DNA from: Candidatus Micrarchaeota archaeon
GTDB lineage: Archaea; Micrarchaeota; Micrarchaeia; Anstonellales; JAHKLY01
Assembly: GCA_020854825.1 (NCBI GenBank)
Contig: JAHKLY010000001.1
Coordinates: 32,001-96,000 of the forward strand
Direction of reading: 5' to 3'
DNA length: 64,000 bases
Part shown: positions 29,918-39,626 of the stretch, one piece after another
Layout of the letters: each line of letters starts with the position of its first letter
Position numbering within the stretch: position 1 is the first letter of the stretch
Notes under the pieces: generated by a model
Database searches by the model: none
What the model saw: only the letters and a program-made list of their open reading frames with translations
What the model was told of the DNA's origin: nothing
Position numbers and translations under genes: made by a program

Positions 29918-30649
29918 TTATCTTTTTCTTCTTGCGCTTTCTTTTTCAATTAATTCAGATAAAGTTTCTTTTCTTATAAATCTTCTTCCACCAATTTTCT
30001 CATGTGGAATTCTTCCTCTATCCAATCTTCTTTCAAATGCATTTCTTTTAATTTTTAACCCATTTTTAGATAATTCCTTTATTGAACCTGCAACATCATA
30101 ATAATTATCTGCTACATGTGTTAAGCTATCTATTGCATCTCTTGGAATCCATCTTTGAGTTCCTATTTTTACTGAAGGAATTGATCTTTTTTCTACTCTG
30201 CCTATAAATGCTCTAAAGTTAATATTTTCGTGTTTTTTTAAAGTAGTATATGCTTGTCTTACTGTATAAAATTTGTTGTATAACTGAACCCAGTCTTGTA
30301 AAACTAATGAAGGGATGTATCTTTTTCTGCCAACTTTTACAGAATATAAACTTTTTCTTTCAATTCTGCCACCAAATGCCCTAAATGAAATTTCAACACC
30401 ACTTTTTTTAACTTTATCAAATGCTTCTTCTAAAGTGTATAATCCTAATCCTTTTAATTTTCTTTTTTCTGCTCTTCTTTGTTTTTGTAAATCTTGTGCA
30501 GTTTTAACAACTGTTGCTACATTTAAATATAATTCTTTTTCTCTATCTTTTCTTTCTTTTTTTATTTTTGCAGGTTTGATTCGCTTAAGTTTTTCAACTT
30601 CTAAATCTTTTTTCATTTTTTTTAATTCAATTACTTTTTTACGTGGCAT
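29918..30649 (-). CDS. Protein with three tandem excisionase/MerR-like (HTH_17) DNA-binding domains
   Basis: Three repeats: YTLEEA..SVKVGRKRYIP, YTVRQA..SVKIGTQRWIP, YDVAGS..HEKIGGRRFIR; start MPRKK after GGGGGTGA. Confidence 0.75.
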   Translation of the reverse strand: MPRKKVIELKKMKKDLEVEKLKRIKPAKIKKERKDREKELYLNVATVVKTAQDLQKQRRAEKRKLKGLGLYTLEEAFDKVKKSGVEISFRAFGGRIERKSLYSVKVGRKRYIPSLVLQDWVQLYNKFYTVRQAYTTLKKHENINFRAFIGRVEKRSIPSVKIGTQRWIPRDAIDSLTHVADNYYDVAGSIKELSKNGLKIKRNAFERRLDRGRIPHEKIGGRRFIRKETLSELIEKESARRKR

Positions 30650-30781
30650 AAATTTCACCCCTAATACACAATATTATTGTATCACACACTCTTTTTAATA
30701 CTTTGTATTTCTTCAGTATACTTTATATATCTTTCTGCTAACTATTCTAATATGATAGACTTATTCTATACAAATTTAACA

Positions 30782-31612
30782 ATGAACTATGAAATCCTAA
30801 GAATATTATTTGCAGTAATTGGAACATCTATATCTGCATATTTTGATATTTTTAATAAAAAAAACATACCTGATTTAGTACTTTATATCTTTCTTGTATT
30901 ATCTTTAATAATTGTTTTTATTGATTTCAATCTAACATTAATAATATATTCAATTGGATGTGCGCTTATTGTTGGTATAATAGGTTATTTATTTTATAAA
31001 GCAGGACAAATAGGGGGAGCTGATGTTTTTATATTGTGCTCTTTAGCATTATTGTTGCCCGTACAACCAAAACTATTTGGGAATACTAGTAATATCAATT
31101 TACCCTTCATTTTTTCAATAATTTCAGTAGCAGGATTTGTATTTATCATATATGTACTGTTTAAGTACACGCCTATGGTTCTTAAAAGAAAAGAAAAAAT
31201 TGAATTAAAAAGAATAATTTATTCTTTACCGCTTATTTGTATTTTTTTAATATTTATATTGCTGTCAAAGAAGATAGATTTACCTGCAATATATTTAATT
31301 TTGATTGGTTTTTTAATTTGTGTTTCTATATATTTTTCAATATTTAAAGAACGTTTTATGAAAACATTAATAGAAAAAATACCTTTAAATAAAATAGAAA
31401 ACGAAGATGTTATTGCAATTGAGTATATGAATAAGAAAATTGTTGAAAAATACAATATACCTAGGGTAGTCTCTAGTTCTGATTTAAAAAGATTAAAAAA
31501 CGCAAAAATTTCAAAATATCCTGTTTATACTAAATTGCCTATGTTTGTCCCATTTATATTAATTGGATTGTTATTTTCATTATATTTTGGAAGCCTTTTA
31601 TTCTTATTTTAA
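30782..31612 (+). CDS. Prepilin/preflagellin peptidase (A24 family, PibD/FlaK-like)
   Basis: AYFD..K.IPD (first Asp), GQIGGAD (GxGD-like), C-terminal LPMFVPFILIG. Confidence 0.85.
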   Translation: MNYEILRILFAVIGTSISAYFDIFNKKNIPDLVLYIFLVLSLIIVFIDFNLTLIIYSIGCALIVGIIGYLFYKAGQIGGADVFILCSLALLLPVQPKLFGNTSNINLPFIFSIISVAGFVFIIYVLFKYTPMVLKRKEKIELKRIIYSLPLICIFLIFILLSKKIDLPAIYLILIGFLICVSIYFSIFKERFMKTLIEKIPLNKIENEDVIAIEYMNKKIVEKYNIPRVVSSSDLKRLKNAKISKYPVYTKLPMFVPFILIGLLFSLYFGSLLFLF

Positions 31613-32244
31613 ATAAATAAAAACCCTAATATCAAACCTATAATTGCACAAATAATATTGGTTGTCATTTTTGTTCCTATGCCTTTTTCTTCAAAAACCC
31701 CAAATATGGAATCAACAACAGATCCCGAAAATCCAATCCCCCCTATTAAAAGAACACTCCATAAGTTATATTCTTCAAAAAACAATAATGCAGACATACC
31801 TATCAATAGTGCTCCTACTAAAGACATCCATGTTCCAAATAAACTAATTGCTCCGCTTGTTCCTCGTTTTGTTTTCTTAAAATCTCTAAGATCTATTGGA
31901 TCCTCTCCTAAAATTCCTAATTCAGATGCAAATTTATCAGACATTACTGCTGCTACTGCACCTATAAATGCTCCGGGAGAAATTAAAGCTCCAATTAAAG
32001 GAATAAATCCATTTGCAAAAACATTTTCCCATCCTCTTTCATGTTCATAAACACCCATGGATTTTTTATCATAATACCTGTATTTAGTCACTAACACAGC
32101 TAATACAAAAAATATTAACATAATAACTAAATAAAAAATATCAATGATCGCTAGCACCATACCCAATATTAATGCTAACACAATCGCTTTTGAATCTAAT
32201 AATAAGGTTTTTCTAACATTTGAACCTTTTTCTTTTCTTGTCAT
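31609..32244 (-). CDS. DUF92 integral membrane protein
   Basis: RGWENVFANG, SDKFASELG, GTSGAISLFG, DSIFG, TN. Confidence 0.9.
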   Translation of the reverse strand: MTRKEKGSNVRKTLLLDSKAIVLALILGMVLAIIDIFYLVIMLIFFVLAVLVTKYRYYDKKSMGVYEHERGWENVFANGFIPLIGALISPGAFIGAVAAVMSDKFASELGILGEDPIDLRDFKKTKRGTSGAISLFGTWMSLVGALLIGMSALLFFEEYNLWSVLLIGGIGFSGSVVDSIFGVFEEKGIGTKMTTNIICAIIGLILGFLFI

Positions 32245-32248
32245 TTAA

Positions 32249-33208
32249 TCACTTTCTTATAAGTTTATTTCCGTTAAATTCAAATATGTTTCCTAAAAAC
32301 TTTTCAATCACCAGTATATTGCTTTTTGCATGTTCTGATAATTCAGATATATTTAATTCACTTCTTTTATTACATAATGCCAAATAAATTAATATCTGAT
32401 CTACCAAATATTTATCTAAACTACTATTAAATCCTTTGAATTCATTAATTGTGTCTTTTGCTATCTTTTCTGCAGGAAACCCTATTTTTCCAAGTCCTGT
32501 TGAACCTTTATATCTGGTATATACAGTTATGCAATTACCAGTAGAAGATGAATCTTTTATTATTTTAATATTTTTTGTGTATCCTTTTAATACTTCTATT
32601 TCTCTTTTTGCTATATGATCTGGTAAATTACACAATAAAATTTCTGTTTTAATTTCTTCTTTCTTATCTTCAAATCTTAATGATTTTATATATTTAACAG
32701 GCCAAATATATATTTCAACCTCTCCTCCTCCTTTTGGATAAAAACCATAAGATAAACAATTAATCTTTGCCTTAATCCCTATTTCTTCTAAAACTGGTAA
32801 AAATACTTTTTGTATATATGTAATAGTTGGTGCAAGCGGAACATGTGTACCTCCCTTTATGTTTATTTTTAATTCAGAAGTTATAGAAAAAGCAAGAGGC
32901 AATATAGTTTGGATAACCAACCCAATTGCTCCGGCTGTTTGAATGTCAAAAGAGTAATTTTTTGATATTATATTTCCGGGAATAAATATTATCTCCTGAC
33001 TCCCAAAATATGCTCCTTCTACATCTGCATTACAAATTTCTTTTAATGAATTAATACACATTAAATGCTGATTCTTTAATCCTGGTTTTGGTCTATTTTT
33101 ACGTATGTTAAAAATTCTTATGGGTTTGTTTAATATTACACTTAAAGATAAAGAAGTTCTTAGTATTTGACCTCCTCCTTCTTGTCCATCGATTTCAATA
33201 AAATTCAT
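32249..33208 (-). CDS. rtcA: RNA 3'-terminal phosphate cyclase
   Basis: IDGQEGGGQILRTSL, IRKNRPKPGL..QH, GGTHV, GFYPKGGG, D.Y..DQ, SEH; likely ATG at 33208. Confidence 0.93.
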   Translation of the reverse strand: MNFIEIDGQEGGGQILRTSLSLSVILNKPIRIFNIRKNRPKPGLKNQHLMCINSLKEICNADVEGAYFGSQEIIFIPGNIISKNYSFDIQTAGAIGLVIQTILPLAFSITSELKINIKGGTHVPLAPTITYIQKVFLPVLEEIGIKAKINCLSYGFYPKGGGEVEIYIWPVKYIKSLRFEDKKEEIKTEILLCNLPDHIAKREIEVLKGYTKNIKIIKDSSSTGNCITVYTRYKGSTGLGKIGFPAEKIAKDTINEFKGFNSSLDKYLVDQILIYLALCNKRSELNISELSEHAKSNILVIEKFLGNIFEFNGNKLIRK

Positions 33209-33224
33209 ACATTTCCCCCATATA

Positions 33225-33301
33225 TAGAAATAGGCCAGCACGTGCTTACACGCGCTGGCAAGGCGACCAGTTTCCCACCAATTCTTAGAAGACGGAAGAG
33301 C
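33225..33301 (-). ncRNA. Candidate structured leader or small RNA upstream of rtcA
   Basis: GC-rich island in AT-rich DNA; 11-bp hairpin GCCAGCGCGTG-TAAG-CACGTGCTGGC; TTTAAATA TATA-like box ~25 bp upstream on the minus strand. Confidence 0.45.
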
Positions 33302-33368
33302 AAATTTTATTACAATAGCATAGTATTTAAACCTTTTGGTTGCAATAATCTTCTACAATGGTGATACT

Positions 33369-33917
33369 ATGGAAGGAAGTGAAGATAAACAAAGGATCCA
33401 AGAAGTGGAAAATGAAAAAAACAAGTTAATTGAGGAGGCTAAAAAAATCAATAAACGGCTTCATTACAAAAGTTTAGAACTTAAGGCATTACAACCGTTT
33501 ATTGTGGAGAATAAAAATATAAGGGCAGGTCCGTATAGAAAAGAACTAAGGATGCTTGAATTTAAAGTTTCTACACAAGCATACACTCCAAAAATAGAAA
33601 GAGAACTTCTAAAAAAAATTAAAGAAGTAAAAAAACATTTGGATGAAACAATGAGAGTAGAACAAGCTAGAAAAAAGGCTATGTTAGTTGAAAAAGATAT
33701 ATTTGAAATAAACAAGAAAAAAGAAGAAATAGATAAAAAATTAAGTGAAATAAGGGAAGAAATGAATTTATTAAGAGAAAAAATCAAAAAAAGGAGAGAA
33801 GAAAGACAACAACAGCACCAACAAAAACCAAAAATAAAAAATGAGTATACTTCACATAAAAAATCAGATAAGTACTTAAGTTTAGAAGAAATCGTTGAAA
33901 TACATGGAAAAGAATAA
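33369..33917 (+). CDS. Archaeal coiled-coil protein (COG1340-like fragment)
   Basis: LEFKVSTQAYTPKIERELLKKI motif; heptad-rich; ATG 33369 after GGTGA. Confidence 0.7.
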   Translation: MEGSEDKQRIQEVENEKNKLIEEAKKINKRLHYKSLELKALQPFIVENKNIRAGPYRKELRMLEFKVSTQAYTPKIERELLKKIKEVKKHLDETMRVEQARKKAMLVEKDIFEINKKKEEIDKKLSEIREEMNLLREKIKKRREERQQQHQQKPKIKNEYTSHKKSDKYLSLEEIVEIHGKE

Positions 33918-33938
33918 ATAATCTGTTTTCCTAATATT

Positions 33939-36311
33939 TTGATGAAAATATCTGGCTTTTTACTAAACATAGACTATAGTTCAGAAGATATAACTCTTTG
34001 GATTAAAACAAAAACTGGAACTGTAAGGATTACAGATACATATGATCCCTATTTTTACTTAGACGCACCACAAAATGTTATCAAAGATATTGAACTATTT
34101 AAAATTCTTTACAATGGAGAACCTATACAAATTAAGAATTATGAAAAAATAAGATACTGGGTAAAAGGAAAAGAAAAAGAATTATTTAAAATATACTGTT
34201 ATTCTCCTTCTCATATCCCATTAATTAAAAAAGCACTAGAAGATTTTCAATGTTATGAATATAAAATTAGATTTATACAAAGATACTTAATTGATAAACA
34301 ATTATGGCCACTTAAATCATATGAATTTATATATTCTAATAAAATAGATAAAATAGTTCCAATAGACGAAGAAGAAAATTTTAATATATTAGCATTTGAT
34401 ATTGAAACATATAATCCTTCGGGTATTCCAAATGAAAAAAAAGATCCTATAATCATGATAAGTTACGCAGATCAGAAAGAAGCAAAGGTTTTAACATTTA
34501 AAAAGATAAATAGAGAATTTGTAATAACATACACTAATGAAGAAAAAATGCTCGAAAGTTTTTGTAACATTTTAGAAGAAAAAGATATTGATTTAATTTT
34601 AGGTTATAATATAAATCAATTTGATCTTCCATATTTAAGAAAAAGAGCAAGAGTTTTAGGATTGGATTTAACTTTAGGAAAAGAAAATCTTGAGATTTTA
34701 GTTAAAAAAAATGGATCAAATACAAAAATAGAAATACCTGGGAGGATTCCTGTTGATTTATATCCAGTAGCTAGATTTTTGAGCAATATTGGGGCAGTTA
34801 GAATTACAAGATTCACTTTAAAACGGGTTTATCATGAACTTATTGGTGAAAAAAGTGAAACAAAGGAACTTGTAAAAAAAGAAGATATTTGGAAAATGTG
34901 GAATAATGAAAGAGAAAGAGACATACTTGCAGATTATTCATTAGGAGATTCAAAAGCAGTAATAGAAATATCCAAACATTTATTACCTGTTGAAATAGAA
35001 CTAGCCAAAGTATGTGGTTTAACTTTGGAAGAAACTGCTTCTTCAGCAACAGGCAGACTTGTTGAAAGTTTATTAATGCGTAAAGCACATGAACGAAATG
35101 AAATAATTCCAGAAATACCAAGACACCATGAAGTATTAGAAAGACAAAGAAATCCTATAAAGGCTGCATACGTTAAAATTCCAGAACCTGGAATTTATAT
35201 TAATATTGCAGTTTTTGATTTTAGAAGTTTGTATCCTTCTATTATTATTTCACATAATATAGATCCATTTACTTTGAATTGTGATTGTTGTGAAAATACA
35301 CATGTTTCTCCATTAGGGCATAAATTTTGTAAAAAAAGAAAAGGGATAATCCCTGAAACTCTAGAAGAATTAATAACTAAAAGAATTAAATTAAAAAAAG
35401 AAATGAAAAAATTAACAAAAGATTCAGAAGAATACAATAAAATATTTGCTAGACAATGGGCATTAAAGATTCTTGCAAATAGTTTTTACGGTCAGACAGT
35501 ATATCCAAGAGCAAGATGGTATTCAAGAGAATGTGGCTCTAGTATCACTTCATGGGGGCGACATTATATTTTATCAACAATTGAAAAAGCAGAAAAACTA
35601 GGATTTGACGTTTTATATTCAGATACAGATTCAATACTTCTAATCCTTAAAAATAAAACAAAAAAAGAGGCACTAGAATTTATGGAATCAATAAACAAAG
35701 AACTACCTGGAAATATGGAATTAGAATTAGAAGACTTTTATCCGAGAGGAGTATTTGTAAGTAAAAGAACTTCAGCAACAGGTGCAAAAAAGAAATATGC
35801 ATTGATAGATGAAAAAGGGATGATAAAAATAAGAGGTTTTGAATTAGTAAGAAGAGACTGGTCCAAAATAGCAAAAAAAACCCAAATGGATATATTAAAA
35901 GCAATATTACAAGATGGAGATAAAGAAAAAGCAGTCAAAATTGTTAAACAAACTATTCAAGAATTAAAAGAGGGTAAAATACCTTTAGAAGATTTAGTTA
36001 TTTACACCCAATTACAAAAAAATATTCATTCTTATGCGATTAAATCACCAGAAGTAAGCGCTGCTAAAAAAGCAATAAAAAGAGGTAAAAAAATAGAAAG
36101 TGGTGCATTAGTTGGGTATATAATAACAAAAAACGGCAGTTCAATATCAGATAAAGCTGAATTATTAGAATTTGCTGAAGATTATGATCCTGAGTATTAT
36201 ATTAATAAACAAATTATGCCTGCTGTTTTAAAGATATTAAAAGAATTGGGATACGAAGAAGACGAATTAAAAGCTAAAGGCAAACAAATAGGGTTAGATA
36301 GTTTTTTTTAA
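33939..36311 (+). CDS. polB: Family B DNA polymerase
   Basis: Exo I FDIET, Exo II GYN..FDLPYL, DFRSLYPSIII, KILANSFYG, YSDTDS, KKKYA, RRDWS, C-terminal PIP box QIGLDSFF; no intein. Confidence 0.97.
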   Translation: MMKISGFLLNIDYSSEDITLWIKTKTGTVRITDTYDPYFYLDAPQNVIKDIELFKILYNGEPIQIKNYEKIRYWVKGKEKELFKIYCYSPSHIPLIKKALEDFQCYEYKIRFIQRYLIDKQLWPLKSYEFIYSNKIDKIVPIDEEENFNILAFDIETYNPSGIPNEKKDPIIMISYADQKEAKVLTFKKINREFVITYTNEEKMLESFCNILEEKDIDLILGYNINQFDLPYLRKRARVLGLDLTLGKENLEILVKKNGSNTKIEIPGRIPVDLYPVARFLSNIGAVRITRFTLKRVYHELIGEKSETKELVKKEDIWKMWNNERERDILADYSLGDSKAVIEISKHLLPVEIELAKVCGLTLEETASSATGRLVESLLMRKAHERNEIIPEIPRHHEVLERQRNPIKAAYVKIPEPGIYINIAVFDFRSLYPSIIISHNIDPFTLNCDCCENTHVSPLGHKFCKKRKGIIPETLEELITKRIKLKKEMKKLTKDSEEYNKIFARQWALKILANSFYGQTVYPRARWYSRECGSSITSWGRHYILSTIEKAEKLGFDVLYSDTDSILLILKNKTKKEALEFMESINKELPGNMELELEDFYPRGVFVSKRTSATGAKKKYALIDEKGMIKIRGFELVRRDWSKIAKKTQMDILKAILQDGDKEKAVKIVKQTIQELKEGKIPLEDLVIYTQLQKNIHSYAIKSPEVSAAKKAIKRGKKIESGALVGYIITKNGSSISDKAELLEFAEDYDPEYYINKQIMPAVLKILKELGYEEDELKAKGKQIGLDSFF

Positions 36312-36327
36312 ATGTTATTAAATATTA

Positions 36328-37637
36328 TTAACTCTTTTTTTCTCTTTCTTGTTTTTTAGCTTGTGCTATTTGCATATCTATAAGATATGAAAACGTATAT
36401 TGTGCATCTTGTTCATTTAAATAAAGCGACTTTTGAGCATATTGATCATCTCCTGAATAAATAAAAACTGCTGTTCCCCCTCGTATTTTATCAATAATAT
36501 ATTTAGATTCTCTATCATCAATTGAAGGACAGCCATGACTACAGCCTAACCTATACTTCCCGTCTGAATAATTCATTGGTTCTCTAGAATATTTTGCTCC
36601 ATGCATTACTATTCCGCGCCTTTGCATATTATTATTAACTTCTTCTAATCCAATCAAAATTAATGAATATCCATTTTTTTCACTATTATATGTCCAACCA
36701 GAGTTACTGCAAGTCCCATACTGGACTTATTATCATTAGGTATGTTTGAGAACTCTGCCATTTCTGATTTTTCAGTCTTTTTTGCCCCATGTGAAACATA
36801 TAATACATTCTCTATCTTCTTATTCTCCATATTTAAAACAAATAATCTTTTTTCATAAGAAGGCAAAGAATAATCAATTATAGTTAAAAAATCTGATCTT
36901 GTTATCTCTCCTAGTTTTAATCCATTTAAATATGCAACAATTGCTTGTTCAAAACATTCAAAACTTAATCCTTGTTCCTGTGCATTGAACTTCTCATACT
37001 CTTGTCTTATCCAATAAGTAACTGACTTCTTTCCTTTTTCTAAAAAATCTTCTATTGTATCTACATCCACAATGTGCGCTGCACTTTCTAAAGTATCTGT
37101 AGATACAAAAGTCCTATCTGTATCTGTAACAGAGGGTTGGAATATTTCTGTTTCAATTTGTGACGAGATATCAAAATTCTCTTTTGGCAAGTATCCTTCT
37201 AAAAACTTTGGGACCAATTTTATCCTCTGTTCAGTCAATTGAGTATATCTATTTTCATTATCTTTTAACATCTTCTCAATTTTTTCTTTTGCCCAAACAG
37301 TACTTATACTAGAAATAAGAACTTCAATTGTTTCTTCTTGTTTAAAAGATTCTATCGCAGTATTAACAATGTTTTTTCCGTTTGCATATCCTTCTAAATA
37401 CCAAACATATGCAATTACTTCTAATAATTGAGTTCTTTTTGGTTCTCCCATATTTTCTAAATCGAGATTTGATTTTATAATGCTATCTTTAGCTCTCCAA
37501 AATGCCTCATGTAATAAATCTCTTTTTCCAATAGGTATATTCAAATACTTTCCAAAATTATTCATCAATTCTAATTCGTGTTTAGTTAAAGTGGCTGTTA
37601 CTTTACTTTCCCAATAAGTTTGTTTAATATGCCCCAT
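36328..37637 (-). pseudogene. Frameshifted fusion of an orphan N-terminal domain and a YkuD_2-type murein L,D-transpeptidase domain (ORFs 36660-37637 and 36328-36657)
   Basis: IIDYSLPSYEKRLFV..VSHG..FSN.P...KSSMG continues in another frame as GWTYNSEKNGYSLILIGLE..NNN...RGIVMHGA..RLGCSHGCPSI. Removing 2 nt at ~36700-36703 restores one ORF. Confidence 0.85.
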
Positions 37638-37689
37638 ACAATTAATGTATTAGTTTCTATTTATAAATATTTCAGATTAAAAAATAGGT

Positions 37690-38586
37690 ATGGAAAAAGA
37701 AGAAGATATTAAAAATTACATAAAAGCAGGACAAATAGCAAACAAAATTTTAAATAACAGTAAAAAAATGATTATCCCAGGAGAATCTTATTTAGATATA
37801 GCTGAAACTATTGAAAAAATGATAATTGATGAAGGAGGCAAACCTGCTTTTCCTACAAATATTAGTATTAATGAAAATGCAGCTCATTACACACCAAAAA
37901 TTAATGATAATAAAATTTTAGAGGATAATGATTTAGTTAAAATAGATTTTGGGATACATATAGGAGGTTGTATTTCAGATAATGCGTATACTATTGATTT
38001 AAGTGGCGAACATGCAAAATTAGTTGAAGCATCAAAAAATGCATTAGATGCAGCAACATCATATATGAAAGCTGGAAGAAAGGTTGGAGATATCGGAGAA
38101 ATAATAGAAAACGAAATTAAAAAAATGGGTTTTAAACCAATTGAAAATTTAACCGGACATATGCTTAAACCATATTTATTACATGCAGGTGAAATAATTC
38201 CAAATATTAAAACAGACGATGATTATATTTTAAAAGAGGGAGATATTTTTGCAGTTGAACCTTTTGCAACAAATGGTTACGGAGCAGTAAAAGAAGGTTT
38301 AGATTTGGAAATATATTCTTTAGCTGAAATGAAAAATGTTAGAATGAGACAATCAAGACAAGTTTTAGCGCACATAATCCAAAATTATTTTGCTTTACCA
38401 TTTGCAAGGAGATGGTTATCTCCTGTAATAAATTCACAAATAGCATTAAGCGCAGCATTAAGAGAATTAACAAGAAGTGGGATATTAACTACTTACCCAG
38501 TTCTTAAAGAAGTTGATAATGGATTAGTATCACAAGCAGAACATACTGTTATTATTGAAAAAGATTCTGTAAAGATTTTATTGTGA
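37690..38586 (+). CDS. map: Methionine aminopeptidase type II
   Basis: AFPTNISINENAAHYTP, KIDFG.H, D.AYT, NLTGH, AVEPFAT, SQAEHT. Confidence 0.96.
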   Translation: MEKEEDIKNYIKAGQIANKILNNSKKMIIPGESYLDIAETIEKMIIDEGGKPAFPTNISINENAAHYTPKINDNKILEDNDLVKIDFGIHIGGCISDNAYTIDLSGEHAKLVEASKNALDAATSYMKAGRKVGDIGEIIENEIKKMGFKPIENLTGHMLKPYLLHAGEIIPNIKTDDDYILKEGDIFAVEPFATNGYGAVKEGLDLEIYSLAEMKNVRMRQSRQVLAHIIQNYFALPFARRWLSPVINSQIALSAALRELTRSGILTTYPVLKEVDNGLVSQAEHTVIIEKDSVKILL

Positions 38587-38627
38587 ACTCAAAAGATAAT
38601 TAATAATCAGAATATTGAAATTAATTT

Positions 38628-39518
38628 TCATTTTACGTACTCTTTATACTGTATACCAAATAACTCATAGATATATTTTACAAAGTCTTTTTCTTTATTA
38701 TCAGAGTCATATTTTTGTAAAACTAAATAATAATACATTTTTTCATCATTAAATATATTTATCAAAGGATATTCTGCGTTTAACATAATAAAATTCATTA
38801 AAAGTCTTGCTACTCTTCCATTTCCATCTCCAAAAGGATGAATTTTCACAAATTTTAGGTGCATTAGAGAAGCTAATTCAATTATATGAAGTTTATTTTT
38901 GTTTATATTATACCACCCTATTAATTCGAACATGAGTTTTGGTAATTCTTGATACTTAGGACAAAAATAATTACCTACTTTCACATCATAAATTCTAAAT
39001 TTTCCAGCATCCTGCATAAGCCCATTCATTTCTATTTTATGGAGCTTTAGTATAAACTCTATACTTATATCCTCTTTATACATAAATAAATAATCAATAC
39101 ACTGTTTCATATTTTTTATTTCTTTTACATCTCTTTTCTTTGTTTCTAATCCTTTAATTTTTTTACCTTTTAATACTTCTTCAGTATCTTTAAGAGATAA
39201 TGTATTCCCTTCTATTGCATTTGTGTTATAAATAAAACTTATTAATTTCTGTTTCTCAGTTTTCCATAACGTTTTATCAATTTTATATTTTTTAGAATAT
39301 TCTTTTTTTATTTTATCAACAATTTTCAATTGTCGTTTAGTCAGATAATGCTTTATTTTAATTTTCGTTTTCTTCTTTTTCAAATATTTCTCTATATCTT
39401 TTGGGATTTTTGTCCCAAGATATTTTCTCTTTTTCTTAAACTTCCCATTAACTCTTTTTGTTTTAGTAAGATAGTAATAAATGTTACCGTTTATTTTTTT
39501 CTTTTCAATATATGCCAT
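38628..39518 (-). CDS. Fic-family protein with N-terminal beta-sheet DNA-binding-like domain
   Basis: HPFGDGNGRVAR Fic motif; inhibitory helix TNAIEGN; N-terminal YIEKKKINGNIYYYL....NGK.....YLG. Confidence 0.93.
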   Translation of the reverse strand: MAYIEKKKINGNIYYYLTKTKRVNGKFKKKRKYLGTKIPKDIEKYLKKKKTKIKIKHYLTKRQLKIVDKIKKEYSKKYKIDKTLWKTEKQKLISFIYNTNAIEGNTLSLKDTEEVLKGKKIKGLETKKRDVKEIKNMKQCIDYLFMYKEDISIEFILKLHKIEMNGLMQDAGKFRIYDVKVGNYFCPKYQELPKLMFELIGWYNINKNKLHIIELASLMHLKFVKIHPFGDGNGRVARLLMNFIMLNAEYPLINIFNDEKMYYYLVLQKYDSDNKEKDFVKYIYELFGIQYKEYVK

Positions 39519-39533
39519 TTTATCAAATTTATT

Positions 39534-39567
39534 GGGGGCACAAAGCTTAAAAGCGTTTAGGGGGCAC
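39534..39567. promoter_or_regulatory. GGGGGCAC direct repeat (x2, 26-bp spacing) upstream of the first fic gene
   Basis: Copies at 39534-39541 and 39560-39567 in AT-rich DNA, flanking an AT-rich TATA-like stretch. Confidence 0.5.
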
Positions 39568-39626
39568 GGAGACTACCAAAAGTATTATAGTCACCAGTTC
39601 CTGGAGCTCTGATAATTAAACAATGT

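Noticed and set aside
33225-33301. SRP RNA, RNase P RNA or split-tRNA half
   Set aside because: Too short and lacks the SRP helix-8 motif, RNase P conserved regions and a TTCRA T-loop; kept only as an unassigned structured RNA.
33939-36311. Intein or inactivated PolB
   Set aside because: Normal length, with catalytic DFRSLYPS and DTDS and the exonuclease motifs intact.
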